Shown here: one piece after another, positions 1-8,574 of the stretch
How the letters are laid out: each line of letters starts with the position of its first letter
Position numbering within the stretch: the stretch's first letter is position 1
Assembly: GCA_903880655.1 (NCBI GenBank)
Contig: CAIRQE010000027.1
Coordinates: forward strand, 1 to 34,618
Source: an uncultured bacterium
GTDB lineage: Bacteria > Patescibacteriota > Saccharimonadia > Saccharimonadales > CAIOMD01
Length of the DNA stretch: 34,618 nt
Direction of reading: 5' to 3'
Translations under genes and position numbers: made by a program
The notes under the pieces: model-generated
Told to the model about the DNA's origin: nothing
The model's input: the letters and a program-made list of their open reading frames with translations, nothing else
Database searches by the model: none

Positions 1-1172
1 ATAATAAAAAAGTTTTTAAAACGAAACGAATTACTCTTGGTGTTTCAGATATTGATGAAGTATTTGGAGGTGGTATAGTTGCCGGTAGTGTTTGTCTTAT
101 TGCAGGACAGCCTGGAATAGGAAAGAGCACGTTACTCCTTCAGCTCGCTTACAATGCGGCACAGACATCAAGTGTACTTTACGTAAGCGGTGAAGAGTCT
201 CCAGAACAGGTACAGATAAGAGGAGAACGGCTTAAAGCAGCGCACACAAACCTAAAGCTAGTAAGTTCAACGAGTACCAATGATATCGCTGCAACAATTG
301 CAGCTAATGAATATGACCTAGTGATCGTCGATTCAATTCAAACTGTAGCAGCTGAAGAAATCACTGGTATGCCCGGAAGCGTAAGCCAAGTTACCAATAG
401 TACACAGTTTCTAACGATTGCTGCCAAGAAAACAAATACCGCCCTAATTTTAGTTGGTCATGTCACGAAAGAAGGAAGTATTGCTGGGCCTAAAGTTCTA
501 GAACATGCAGTCGACGTTGTATTGCAACTAGAAGGAGACAGGTATGGTGGCTTCAGAATCCTAAGAGCAATTAAAAACAGGTTTGGTTCGACAAATGAAG
601 CAGCAATTTTAGAAATGCTTGATAGTGGACTCGAGATTGTAGATAATCCTTCGGCAGCACTGCTTGCAGAGCGTCAGCTCAGTGATGGTTCAGTAGTATT
701 AGCAACCCTAGAAGGTACTAGACCGTTGCTGGTTGAAGTGCAGGCACTTGTACATACAACTAGTTATGGCTATCCTAAAAGGGCTGCAACAGGTATTGAT
801 TTGAATCGATTAAATTTACTTGTAGCGATGCTCGAGAAACGAACAAAGCTTAAACTTTCAGACAAAGATATTTATATAAATATCGTGGGAGGCATGAAGA
901 TTACAGAGCCAGCCGCTGATCTTGCTATATGCATGGCTATTGCATCAGCTACCAAAGGGATGAAGCTTAAGAAGGATGCGGTGGTATTTGGAGAAGTTGG
1001 ATTGAGCGGAGAAGTTAGACATGTACCCTGGATTGATAAACGTATTGCTGAAGCTAAGAAACTGGGCTTCAAAGATGTCATTGGCCCAAAAGTAAGGGGT
1101 GCTCAACCAGCAACAATATTACATCAAATGAATGATGTTCGTTCAGCACTCAATACATTTTTAGAGAAATAA
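1..1172 (+). CDS. radA: DNA repair protein RadA (5' end truncated by window edge)
   Basis: The frame of the 321..1172 track ORF stays open back to nt 3. Nt 3-320 translate to ...GQPGIGKSTLLLQLA (Walker A) and LYVSGEES. Downstream are the RadA KNRFG motif (AIKNRFGSTNE) and a Lon-protease-like C-terminal domain. TAA stop at 1170-1172. Confidence 0.93.
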   Translation, partial: NKKVFKTKRITLGVSDIDEVFGGGIVAGSVCLIAGQPGIGKSTLLLQLAYNAAQTSSVLYVSGEESPEQVQIRGERLKAAHTNLKLVSSTSTNDIAATIAANEYDLVIVDSIQTVAAEEITGMPGSVSQVTNSTQFLTIAAKKTNTALILVGHVTKEGSIAGPKVLEHAVDVVLQLEGDRYGGFRILRAIKNRFGSTNEAAILEMLDSGLEIVDNPSAALLAERQLSDGSVVLATLEGTRPLLVEVQALVHTTSYGYPKRAATGIDLNRLNLLVAMLEKRTKLKLSDKDIYINIVGGMKITEPAADLAICMAIASATKGMKLKKDAVVFGEVGLSGEVRHVPWIDKRIAEAKKLGFKDVIGPKVRGAQPATILHQMNDVRSALNTFLEK

Positions 1173-1188
1173 TGAAAAGGAAAAAATA

Positions 1189-1959
1189 ATGTTAGAACTA
1201 ATACAAACGATGGCAATAGTTATCATTGGAATAATTGTTGTCAAAAAAGAACTGCCTATATTGGCTTCAAAGAAAGAAAAGCAAAAAGCTGTTATTTTGG
1301 ATAGTTGTGCCCTTATTGATGGGAGGATTGTTGATTTAGTCAGAGCAGGCTTCATCCCCTATAAATTAGTAGTTCCAGAATTTATTCTGTCAGAACTACA
1401 GATGCTAGCAGACGGCAATGATTCCCATAAAAGAGAACGAGCTCGATTTGGGCTTGAAGTAGTGCAACAGTTACAGCGAGAACCATCAGTTGAAGTAGAA
1501 GTTGATAAAACTTCAATTGCTGATCGTATGAATGATGACAAATTAGTATCTTTGGCGCTCGAAATTGGTGCTGACTTATTCACCACTGATTTTAACCTTA
1601 ATCAGGTAGCTAGTATAAAAGGAGTCAGGGTGTTAAACGTTAATGAACTATCGCATGCCCTTCGTCCTGTTTCACTTCCTGGGGAGAACCTTGAGATAAA
1701 AATATTGCAACCTGGAAGTAATCGCGATCAAGGAGTGGGATATATGGAAGATGGAACAATGATTGTAGTTGATGGGGCACGAAAAGATATTGGCAAAACA
1801 ATAACTGTAAAAACAACTAGAACGCACCAAACAGTTGCCGGAAAGATGGTTTTCGGAACCAAACTTACTGTTCCTAAAACTGTCCATTCTAAAAGACCAG
1901 TGCGAAAGTATACTAACAAGCATGAATCAGCTCTTATTGACGCAGTTGATCGAAGCTAG
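1189..1959 (+). CDS. PIN/TRAM domain protein (YacL-like), membrane anchored
   Basis: N-terminal hydrophobic helix (MAIVIIGIIVV). PIN-like block VILDSCALIDGRIVDL...FTTDFNLN. C-terminal TRAM-like block GYMEDGTMIVVDGARKDIGKTITV. It sits after radA, as yacL does in Bacillus. Confidence 0.8.
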   Translation: MLELIQTMAIVIIGIIVVKKELPILASKKEKQKAVILDSCALIDGRIVDLVRAGFIPYKLVVPEFILSELQMLADGNDSHKRERARFGLEVVQQLQREPSVEVEVDKTSIADRMNDDKLVSLALEIGADLFTTDFNLNQVASIKGVRVLNVNELSHALRPVSLPGENLEIKILQPGSNRDQGVGYMEDGTMIVVDGARKDIGKTITVKTTRTHQTVAGKMVFGTKLTVPKTVHSKRPVRKYTNKHESALIDAVDRS

Positions 1960-1991
1960 GCGTATTTAAATTTTTACGGGTTTGTTGGTTT

Positions 1992-4757
1992 TTAAATTGG
2001 AGTAGTGGGTGCTACTGGAGTAGCACTTAGCGTAATTGAATTGGACGTGACATCGTATAGGCTCGCATCAATAACATCAGCAGTTAGGACTCCCGAAGCC
2101 GTCCCTGCGGGTAATGTTAGCGTTAAAGCTGGGTTAGGATAAGTTCCAGCCGCAGTAACCGCCAAGGAGCCACCATTAATTATATTTCCGTCTAACTTGA
2201 AGTTGAGGGTTGTTAGAGCTGCTTTACCTTGAGTAACCGTTGCAGAAACAGCGTAACTTCCGTCAGTATTTTTGTGAGCACTTAACTGGACAGAAGGTTG
2301 ATCTTGGGTAAAGCAGTTATTTCCGTCTCCGTGTACATTATCTGTTGCAGTTGGGGCTGATCCTCCGACTGGTCCATATCTTGCAATAATTGGTCCGACC
2401 CAAGCACCAAAATTAGGATCTGACTGAGGAATCTCTGGAAGAAAACCAACGCCCGACTGTGTTTTGCGTGCCAAAGCAGGAGTACAGTCAGTTGCAAGTA
2501 ATCCTGAAACTGAATCTATGGTTGTAGTCTGTGAGTTAGAGGGATACTGAGGATTGTACCAACTTGGGAAAATATCACAGTTACCACCTGAGTTTGTTGC
2601 ATATCCTGAGTTTGTATCTATACAAACAGTTTTCATATTCGATGGTTTCACCCATGCGGTATTACTTATATGAAGTTCTTCATTCGCTTGAATCATAAAC
2701 GATCGCCATTTGGGTGCTAGATTATTCTCAGCAAAATAGGTATGTAAAGAGAATGGTTCACCATTTCCGTCTACTCCTCCAACCCACATTCCGTAGACAA
2801 GATCAGTCGTATACCCCATGAAAAGGTTATTATCTTGATAATCGGTTGTACCGGTCTTAGATGCTACCATTACATTTCCGGGCAGGTTGCCGCCCTCATA
2901 TCGCGTAGCTTCACTTGTATTGAGCATGCTATTTACGGAATAGGCAATCTGGGGATCAAGTACTTGCTGGCCACTGCTATCTTTCCACTGATAAAGAGAT
3001 TTGTTATTTGAATCGGTGATACTGAGGATATACGTCTCAGGCTTATAGAGACCGCCTCGTGATGCTGTAGCGTAGCTGTTTGCATGCTCATCAAGTCGCA
3101 AGCTGCCTGAGCCGATTCCTGAGTCAAGTCCACAACCACCACCACATTTATATCCACTTACTAGTCCCATTTTCTGTGAAAGACTGATAGTGTTTTGTAT
3201 GCCCGCTATATACATTGCTTTTAGTGCTGGTATATTTCTTGAATTTCCGAATGCTTGTCGCATGGATTCGGCACCTTGACTTCCATTATCAAAGTCGTGA
3301 GGGATGAAGCTTCCGCCGAAATCAGTGTTAATGTCATACATAGTTGAGCCCGCACCCCAGCTTTTCGTAGAAGCCATCAGCGCGCTATAATCGTAAATCT
3401 TATACGAAGATCCTGGCTCATGGGGAGATGTTGCGTTGTTAACCTGGCTGGTTCCGTAGTTACTTCCTCCTACTTCAGCAAGTACTTGGCCCGTTTTAGC
3501 ATCAAGCGCAACTGACGCTAAGTCATCTTTTGTGTTCCATCGATTTTCCTCAATCTTCAAGTCGGCTATATTTTTTTCTGCTAGTGCCTGTAGTTTAGGA
3601 TTAAGCGTAGTGACAATCGTAAGGCCTGCGCTTGAAATATCTTCTAGCTTACATTTGCCATCAACTGACGAATCGAAATTAATTGATTCGCAGTAAGCGC
3701 ACTCAGCAATGTCAAGACCTGAGTATATGCAGGCAGCCTGCGTCTCGGCTTCGTCAACAAAGTATGGTGCATTTTTTCCGACCGCGCTATTTGAGTTATT
3801 CGTAACTTTAGCAAGTGTATTAACCTTCTTTGCTGCATCACCTTGAGCTTTCGTGATCATGCCTTGCTGCACCATAAGATCAATGACATGGTGCTGCCTA
3901 ACAGTCAAATCCTGGGTATGGCTGCCATATGGAGAATAATAAGTAGGCGCGGGGATGATAGCAGTTAGTAATGCAGCTTCATCAATCGTTAAGTCCTTGG
4001 CTTGTTTATTGAAGTAACCTCTTGAAGCTGCCTCGGCACCATTATAAATAGATCCAAAAGGAATTTCGTTGAGGTATGCATTTAGTATCGCATCTTTAGA
4101 ATATTTTCTTTCAACATCAATGGATACAACTAGCTCAACAACTTTTCTTGAGATTGTTCGTGCCGTGCTTTTGAGTAATGAATTCTTGACATATTGTTGA
4201 GTAATAGTTGAACCACCTTGAGTAGAACCGCCGGTTATGTCATTTACGAATGCACGTCCAAGTCCGCGAACACTAAACGCTCCTTCGTTGTAGAAGTTTT
4301 TATCTTCGGAAGCCACTACGGATTGTCTAAGATACGGGGAGATGTTTTCAAATGTGACAGGAGTACAGATTGAATTTCCAGAGGTTGCATAGAGAAGTGA
4401 CTTATCTCTTGCCAATATATTAGAACTTTCACCTTGGGTACATGAATTGAGATTAATGTTCTTGGGAAGATCTTTTCCAAAGAAGGCAAATAATGCAAGA
4501 ATTAAAATCATCAAACCGACAACTCCAACACCGAATAATTTTAGTGCCATAATTCCGCCCTCGCGGCTAAACCAATAGTGGTAGAGATTGGATGGTTTTA
4601 GCTTGTAGAGCATTCTTTTAACTCTAGTTTTGGGCATTGCCGCTAAGTATTCGGCTCTCTTACGAGCCCGTTCGTCATTATGAACGGTTGATCCTTTTCG
4701 CTTTACGTTTCGATTTATACGAACATTTCTACTACTTGTTTTAGACTTTTTACTCAT
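1992..4757 (-). CDS. Class A penicillin-binding protein (bifunctional glycosyltransferase/transpeptidase) with long C-terminal extension
   Basis: GT51 motifs EDKNFYNEGAFSVRG and GGSTITQQYVKN. Transpeptidase motifs SxxK (SSYK), SxN (SRN) and KTG (KTGTT). One TM helix (LFGVGVVGLMILILALFAFF) follows a very basic N-terminal tail. Confidence 0.9.
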   Translation of the reverse strand: MSKKSKTSSRNVRINRNVKRKGSTVHNDERARKRAEYLAAMPKTRVKRMLYKLKPSNLYHYWFSREGGIMALKLFGVGVVGLMILILALFAFFGKDLPKNINLNSCTQGESSNILARDKSLLYATSGNSICTPVTFENISPYLRQSVVASEDKNFYNEGAFSVRGLGRAFVNDITGGSTQGGSTITQQYVKNSLLKSTARTISRKVVELVVSIDVERKYSKDAILNAYLNEIPFGSIYNGAEAASRGYFNKQAKDLTIDEAALLTAIIPAPTYYSPYGSHTQDLTVRQHHVIDLMVQQGMITKAQGDAAKKVNTLAKVTNNSNSAVGKNAPYFVDEAETQAACIYSGLDIAECAYCESINFDSSVDGKCKLEDISSAGLTIVTTLNPKLQALAEKNIADLKIEENRWNTKDDLASVALDAKTGQVLAEVGGSNYGTSQVNNATSPHEPGSSYKIYDYSALMASTKSWGAGSTMYDINTDFGGSFIPHDFDNGSQGAESMRQAFGNSRNIPALKAMYIAGIQNTISLSQKMGLVSGYKCGGGCGLDSGIGSGSLRLDEHANSYATASRGGLYKPETYILSITDSNNKSLYQWKDSSGQQVLDPQIAYSVNSMLNTSEATRYEGGNLPGNVMVASKTGTTDYQDNNLFMGYTTDLVYGMWVGGVDGNGEPFSLHTYFAENNLAPKWRSFMIQANEELHISNTAWVKPSNMKTVCIDTNSGYATNSGGNCDIFPSWYNPQYPSNSQTTTIDSVSGLLATDCTPALARKTQSGVGFLPEIPQSDPNFGAWVGPIIARYGPVGGSAPTATDNVHGDGNNCFTQDQPSVQLSAHKNTDGSYAVSATVTQGKAALTTLNFKLDGNIINGGSLAVTAAGTYPNPALTLTLPAGTASGVLTADVIDASLYDVTSNSITLSATPVAPTTPI

Positions 4758-4782
4758 TTTCTACTCTGGCTTTAAGCCTTTA

Positions 4783-4843
4783 ATTTGCTATACGCGTGAT
4801 ACCTCAAATTCTTAACCCTTTATCTGCATTCAGTATAGCAAAT
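4783..4843. repeat. 11-bp perfect inverted repeat (ATTTGCTATAC / GTATAGCAAAT) with 39-nt spacer in the divergent PBP/recG intergenic region
   Basis: Read directly: 4783-4793 is the reverse complement of 4833-4843. The function (operator or RNA stem) is unknown. Confidence 0.5.
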
Positions 4844-4946
4844 GTAATAAATAGTTGTATAAATTCTTATGGTTAACCAATCATCATATTACTACAGGAT
4901 AATCTGGCTTTTCGTTGAAGCCCAAGAGACTGGTACACTAAATGTA

Positions 4947-6986
4947 ATGAATCTTGATACAAATCTAATTGAACTCAAAGGAGTGGGTGAGCGTCTTTAT
5001 AGTATATTTGAAAAAAATGATCTCAGAACAATTGGCGATTTGCTACTTTATTTTCCTCGAAAATATGAGGATTATTCTGATGTTCTGGCAATTTCATCGA
5101 TGCGCCCCGGGCTAGTCACTATTCAAGTGATCTTTTCGAATATAAAGACACGACGTGTTCGTCGTGGACTGCACATTACGGAAGCCATAGCGACTGATCA
5201 ATCTGGGAAAGTTAAGGTTGTATGGTTTAATCAACCATATCGCTCTAAAACAATTGACCTTAGTGTTTCATATTATCTTAGTGGCAATTTTGACCTAAGC
5301 AACCAACAACTGCAAATAACGAATCCTAGTATTGAAAAAGCAGAATCAGCCCTGCATAGTCAAACGGCAAGAATTCTTCCCACATACCGAGAATCGAAAG
5401 AACTTACTTCAGTCCTAATTCGTAAAACTATTGCCCAAATAGAGCAGCTAAACCTGGCGATTCCGGAAACACTCCCAGAATGGGTAGTTACAACAGCCAA
5501 GGTTATTTCATATAAAGAAGCAATATTTTCAATTCATCTTCCTAAAAATTCCGATGATCTAATTAAAGCTAAGGAGCGGCTTGGCTTTGAGGAACTTTTC
5601 ATTATTATGTGCGCTGCCCAAGCAAATAAAATAGAAGCTACAAAAGTGCCCTCACCCAAGATTCCATTTTTACAAAAATCAGCAATCGATTTTGTGAGTA
5701 ATTTGCCTTTCACTTTGACTGATGCCCAAAGAAAAACAGTATGGCAAATCTATTTAGATATGGAACGGGATGAACCTATGAATCGTCTAGTTGAAGGAGA
5801 CGTAGGCTCTGGAAAAACGGTTGTCGCAGCTATGGCGTCTCTTATGGTGGCAGAAGGGGGCCTCCAAGTTGCGGTTCTTGCGCCTACTGAGCTACTCGCG
5901 CAGCAGCACGCATTAACTTTTGAAAAAGTATTCAGTCATAGTAAATTTGGCAAAAAAATCGGTTTACTCACGGGAAGCCTTAAGGCTGGTGAAAAAAAAG
6001 CCATTAAGGAAAGAATCGAAAATAACAAAATATCTATTGTTATAGGAACGCATGCACTTTTGCAGGAAAGTGTTAATTGGCACAATTTAGGGTTAGTCAT
6101 AATTGATGAGCAGCATCGTTTCGGCGTGCAACAAAGACAGAGGCTTCATCTTAAGTCTGGCTATATGCCACACGTGCTGTGTTTAACAGCCACACCTATC
6201 CCAAGAAGTCTAGCGCTGACGGTGTACGGGGAACTATCTTTATCAATTCTTGATCAAGCCCCAAGCAATCGGGCTGGTGTGCTTACAGAAATAGTTTCAC
6301 CAAATTCAGTAAAGCAAATGTACGAAAAAATGATTGAACAATTGCGCATTGGACATCAAGCATATATTGTTTGCCCCCTTATAGAAGAAAGCGATTCGCT
6401 GCAGGTAGACAGCGCCGAGAAAGTATACAAAGAATTATCTCAGGGAGTGCTTAAAGATTGGAAAGTTGGGCTGCTGCACGGAAAGCTCAAAGCTGACGAA
6501 AAAGATGCCATTATGCGAAAGTTTATATCCAAGGAGATAGACGTACTGGTCTCAACTACGGTGATTGAAGTAGGAGTAGATGTGGCCAATGCTACGTTCA
6601 TGGCTATTTTGTCAGCAGATAGATTTGGGCTTGCGCAGCTGCATCAATTAAGAGGACGAGTTGGCAGATATATCCATCAAGGCTATTGTTGTCTTGTATT
6701 GAGTGACTCTAGGGCTCCTTCGAAACGTATGCGTGCTATAGCACAAACAACTGATGGCTTTGAGCTGGCAGAGCTTGATCTCGAAATACGTGGCCCGGGT
6801 GCCATTTATGGTCTTCGCCAGCACGGCGGCCTTGATCTCAGAATAGCCTCCTTAACGGACACAAAGCTCATTATTCGAGCACGTAATGTTGTAGCAAAAT
6901 TTATGGAAAAAGAAGAAAATCTGTTAAAATATAAGCAAATCGCCGATCAAGTGCGGCGCGCAAGTAAGCTGACCTACTTGAACTAA
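4947..6986 (+). CDS. recG: ATP-dependent DNA helicase RecG
   Basis: Walker A GDVGSGKT, DEQHRFG box, TATPIPR and QLRGRVGR. The N-terminus MNLDTNLIELKGVGERL...FPRKYEDYS matches the RecG N-terminal pattern. I prefer the ATG at 4947 over the track start at 4869, because the 26 extra codons have no RecG-like counterpart. Confidence 0.92.
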   Translation: MNLDTNLIELKGVGERLYSIFEKNDLRTIGDLLLYFPRKYEDYSDVLAISSMRPGLVTIQVIFSNIKTRRVRRGLHITEAIATDQSGKVKVVWFNQPYRSKTIDLSVSYYLSGNFDLSNQQLQITNPSIEKAESALHSQTARILPTYRESKELTSVLIRKTIAQIEQLNLAIPETLPEWVVTTAKVISYKEAIFSIHLPKNSDDLIKAKERLGFEELFIIMCAAQANKIEATKVPSPKIPFLQKSAIDFVSNLPFTLTDAQRKTVWQIYLDMERDEPMNRLVEGDVGSGKTVVAAMASLMVAEGGLQVAVLAPTELLAQQHALTFEKVFSHSKFGKKIGLLTGSLKAGEKKAIKERIENNKISIVIGTHALLQESVNWHNLGLVIIDEQHRFGVQQRQRLHLKSGYMPHVLCLTATPIPRSLALTVYGELSLSILDQAPSNRAGVLTEIVSPNSVKQMYEKMIEQLRIGHQAYIVCPLIEESDSLQVDSAEKVYKELSQGVLKDWKVGLLHGKLKADEKDAIMRKFISKEIDVLVSTTVIEVGVDVANATFMAILSADRFGLAQLHQLRGRVGRYIHQGYCCLVLSDSRAPSKRMRAIAQTTDGFELAELDLEIRGPGAIYGLRQHGGLDLRIASLTDTKLIIRARNVVAKFMEKEENLLKYKQIADQVRRASKLTYLN

Positions 6987-7004
6987 AATCAGCAAAATTT
7001 ATAT

Positions 7005-7826
7005 ATGTATTCTGGATCAACCTTAACTAACCGTTCCGGCAATTTAGCAGGAGCACACCAAAAACTTGACCGTATTGCACGAAAGTCATTGGCGGATTTG
7101 TTGAAGCAAAATACTAATTTTCCGGCCACGAAGCTAATCCTCCATTTCGAAGGCAAAAATGGTCCTGATAGTGCAAAAATTAAACTCGATGGAGAGCACG
7201 CACCGTGGCATTTCTTTGATCCCTTTGATACAGATGACAGCGCCCTTGTTAAGCTGATAATTGGACATAAAAAAAATCTTGTTAAAAGCCTCAAAGCTAA
7301 CAACCTTGAGCGAGCAGCATTTGAAGCAAGTTGGATGGCTCACGCAATAGTTGACGGCTTAACCCCAGCTCATCATTATCCTTTCGAAGAAGAACTTGAA
7401 AAATTAAGAGGTGAAGGAAAGGAAACCCGAACAACCGTACTTAAAAAACTTATTATTCCAGCTACTACTAAAAAAGAGTTAGTTGCTAAGAACTGGGAAA
7501 TGTGGGGAGCAAAGGGTCTGTTCACCACGCATGCACTGTTTGAATGGGGCGCAGCAATGGTTATCGCACCCATGTCAGCCGCGATAGCAACACCCTCTCG
7601 TTATGACATCAAGGCTATTGAACACTTAGGTGTTGGTGAATATTTCAAGAGAATTGCTCGAGAAATCGCTATGCTTAATCTATATGAGAATTTCTATGAA
7701 AAAGGCTGGACACCACGCCTTGCCAATAAGATTCGCAAGGAATTAGCTCCAAGAATGGCAAAAACAATTACCCTCGCTTGGTATATGGCAGCAAAAGAAG
7801 CAGAACTAACAACTGCTGAGATTTAA
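7005..7826 (+). CDS. Hypothetical protein with a zinc-dependent phospholipase C / P1-nuclease-like His/Asp motif pattern
   Basis: The ordered motifs resemble the Zn ligand pattern of Bacillus cereus-type PLC: GAHQKLDRIA, EGKNGPD, WHFFDP (compare HFYDP), MAHAIVDGLTPAHH (compare H...D...P.H). There is no signal peptide and no N-terminal Trp ligand. The coding call is firm; the function is tentative. Confidence 0.55.
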   Translation: MYSGSTLTNRSGNLAGAHQKLDRIARKSLADLLKQNTNFPATKLILHFEGKNGPDSAKIKLDGEHAPWHFFDPFDTDDSALVKLIIGHKKNLVKSLKANNLERAAFEASWMAHAIVDGLTPAHHYPFEEELEKLRGEGKETRTTVLKKLIIPATTKKELVAKNWEMWGAKGLFTTHALFEWGAAMVIAPMSAAIATPSRYDIKAIEHLGVGEYFKRIAREIAMLNLYENFYEKGWTPRLANKIRKELAPRMAKTITLAWYMAAKEAELTTAEI

Positions 7827-7829
7827 ATT

Positions 7830-8360
7830 ATGCGTATTATTTCTGGTTCTTTAGGTGGTCAAACATTCGAAAGTCCCCGAAGCCATAAAACACATCCGAT
7901 GAGCGAAAAGATGCGAGGAGCATTATTTAATAGTTTGGGAGACATAAGTGGGCTTACTGTTTTTGACGCGTACGGAGGGAGCGGCGCCATAGGACTTGAG
8001 GCATACAGTAGGGGCGCCTCTAAGGTCCTAATTACTGAAATAGATTATCTTGCTACAAAAATAATCAGTGACAATATTAAAAAATTAGGGGTTGAAGAGA
8101 ACGTTACCCTGGTGCGCGCTAATGCTGCATCGTACAGCGTTAAGAATCCTTTAAAAAAGTTCTCAATTGTTATTTGTGACCCACCATATGACGACATTGT
8201 GCATAATCAAATCCTGCAGGTAGGATCAAGCGTAGAGAAAGAGGGCTTGCTCGTATTATCACTCCCACCTGAATATAAAAGCTATGTGTTGGATGGGTTT
8301 GATCTGATACATCAAAAAAAATATGGTGATGCTACTCTAGTCTTTCAGCGAAAAATCTGA
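7830..8360 (+). CDS. rsmD: 16S rRNA (guanine966-N2)-methyltransferase RsmD
   Basis: RIISGSLGG start, PMSEKMRGALFN, SAM-binding DAYGGSGAIGLEAYSRGA and catalytic DPPY. The size (176 aa) is typical. Confidence 0.85.
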   Translation: MRIISGSLGGQTFESPRSHKTHPMSEKMRGALFNSLGDISGLTVFDAYGGSGAIGLEAYSRGASKVLITEIDYLATKIISDNIKKLGVEENVTLVRANAASYSVKNPLKKFSIVICDPPYDDIVHNQILQVGSSVEKEGLLVLSLPPEYKSYVLDGFDLIHQKKYGDATLVFQRKI

Positions 8361-8387
8361 TAAATTAAATCGGTACTCCATTTTTAT

Positions 8388-8472
8388 GCCGCGGTGGTGG
8401 AATTGGTAGACACGCTAGCCTTAGGAGCTAGTGCCTCCGGGCGTGAAGGTTCAAGTCCTTTCCGCGGTACCA
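8388..8472 (+). tRNA. tRNA-Leu (anticodon UAG), class II with long variable arm, CCA encoded
   Basis: Hand-folded. Acceptor GCCGCGG/CCGCGGT (G1-U72 wobble). D arm GTG..CAC. Anticodon stem CTAGC/GCTAG with loop CTTAGGA (anticodon TAG). 13-nt variable arm TGCCTCCGGGCGT. T arm GAAGG-TTCAAGT-CCTTT. Discriminator A plus CCA. Confidence 0.9.
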
Positions 8473-8485
8473 AATGAAGTTAACG

Positions 8486-8514
8486 AAATCCCCCATAATA
8501 TGAGGGATTTTTTA
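8486..8514 (+). terminator. Intrinsic terminator after tRNA-Leu
   Basis: Stem AAATCCC (8486-8492) / GGGATTT (8504-8510), followed by a T run. Confidence 0.6.
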
Positions 8515-8574
8515 TATTAACAGCTTAAAAGTGCTCATCAAGATTCTTATCTTATGGTATTCTAATAAACAGAT

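Noticed and set aside
4869-4946. N-terminal extensions offered by the ORF track for recG (4869), clpP (12466), pyrG (28489) and rplW (31554).
   Set aside because: In each case the extra residues have no counterpart in the conserved family N-terminus. An internal ATG reproduces the canonical N-terminus. For rplW that ATG has a GGAGG Shine-Dalgarno and the usual TAATG coupling.
8486-8514. The tRNA-Leu terminator and the rpsJ terminator (25566-25594) share a CCCC-ATAATATG-GGG core, suggesting a repeated element.
   Set aside because: The similarity is limited to about 13 nt of a G/C stem plus an AT loop, as expected for independent intrinsic terminators in an AT-rich genome. The flanks do not match.
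8515-8574. Possible T-box riboswitch upstream of tyrS, and also of hisS.
   Set aside because: Only 60 nt separate the terminator from the tyrS ATG, and only 1 nt separates tyrS from hisS. That is far too short for a T-box leader, and no T-box consensus sequence is visible.
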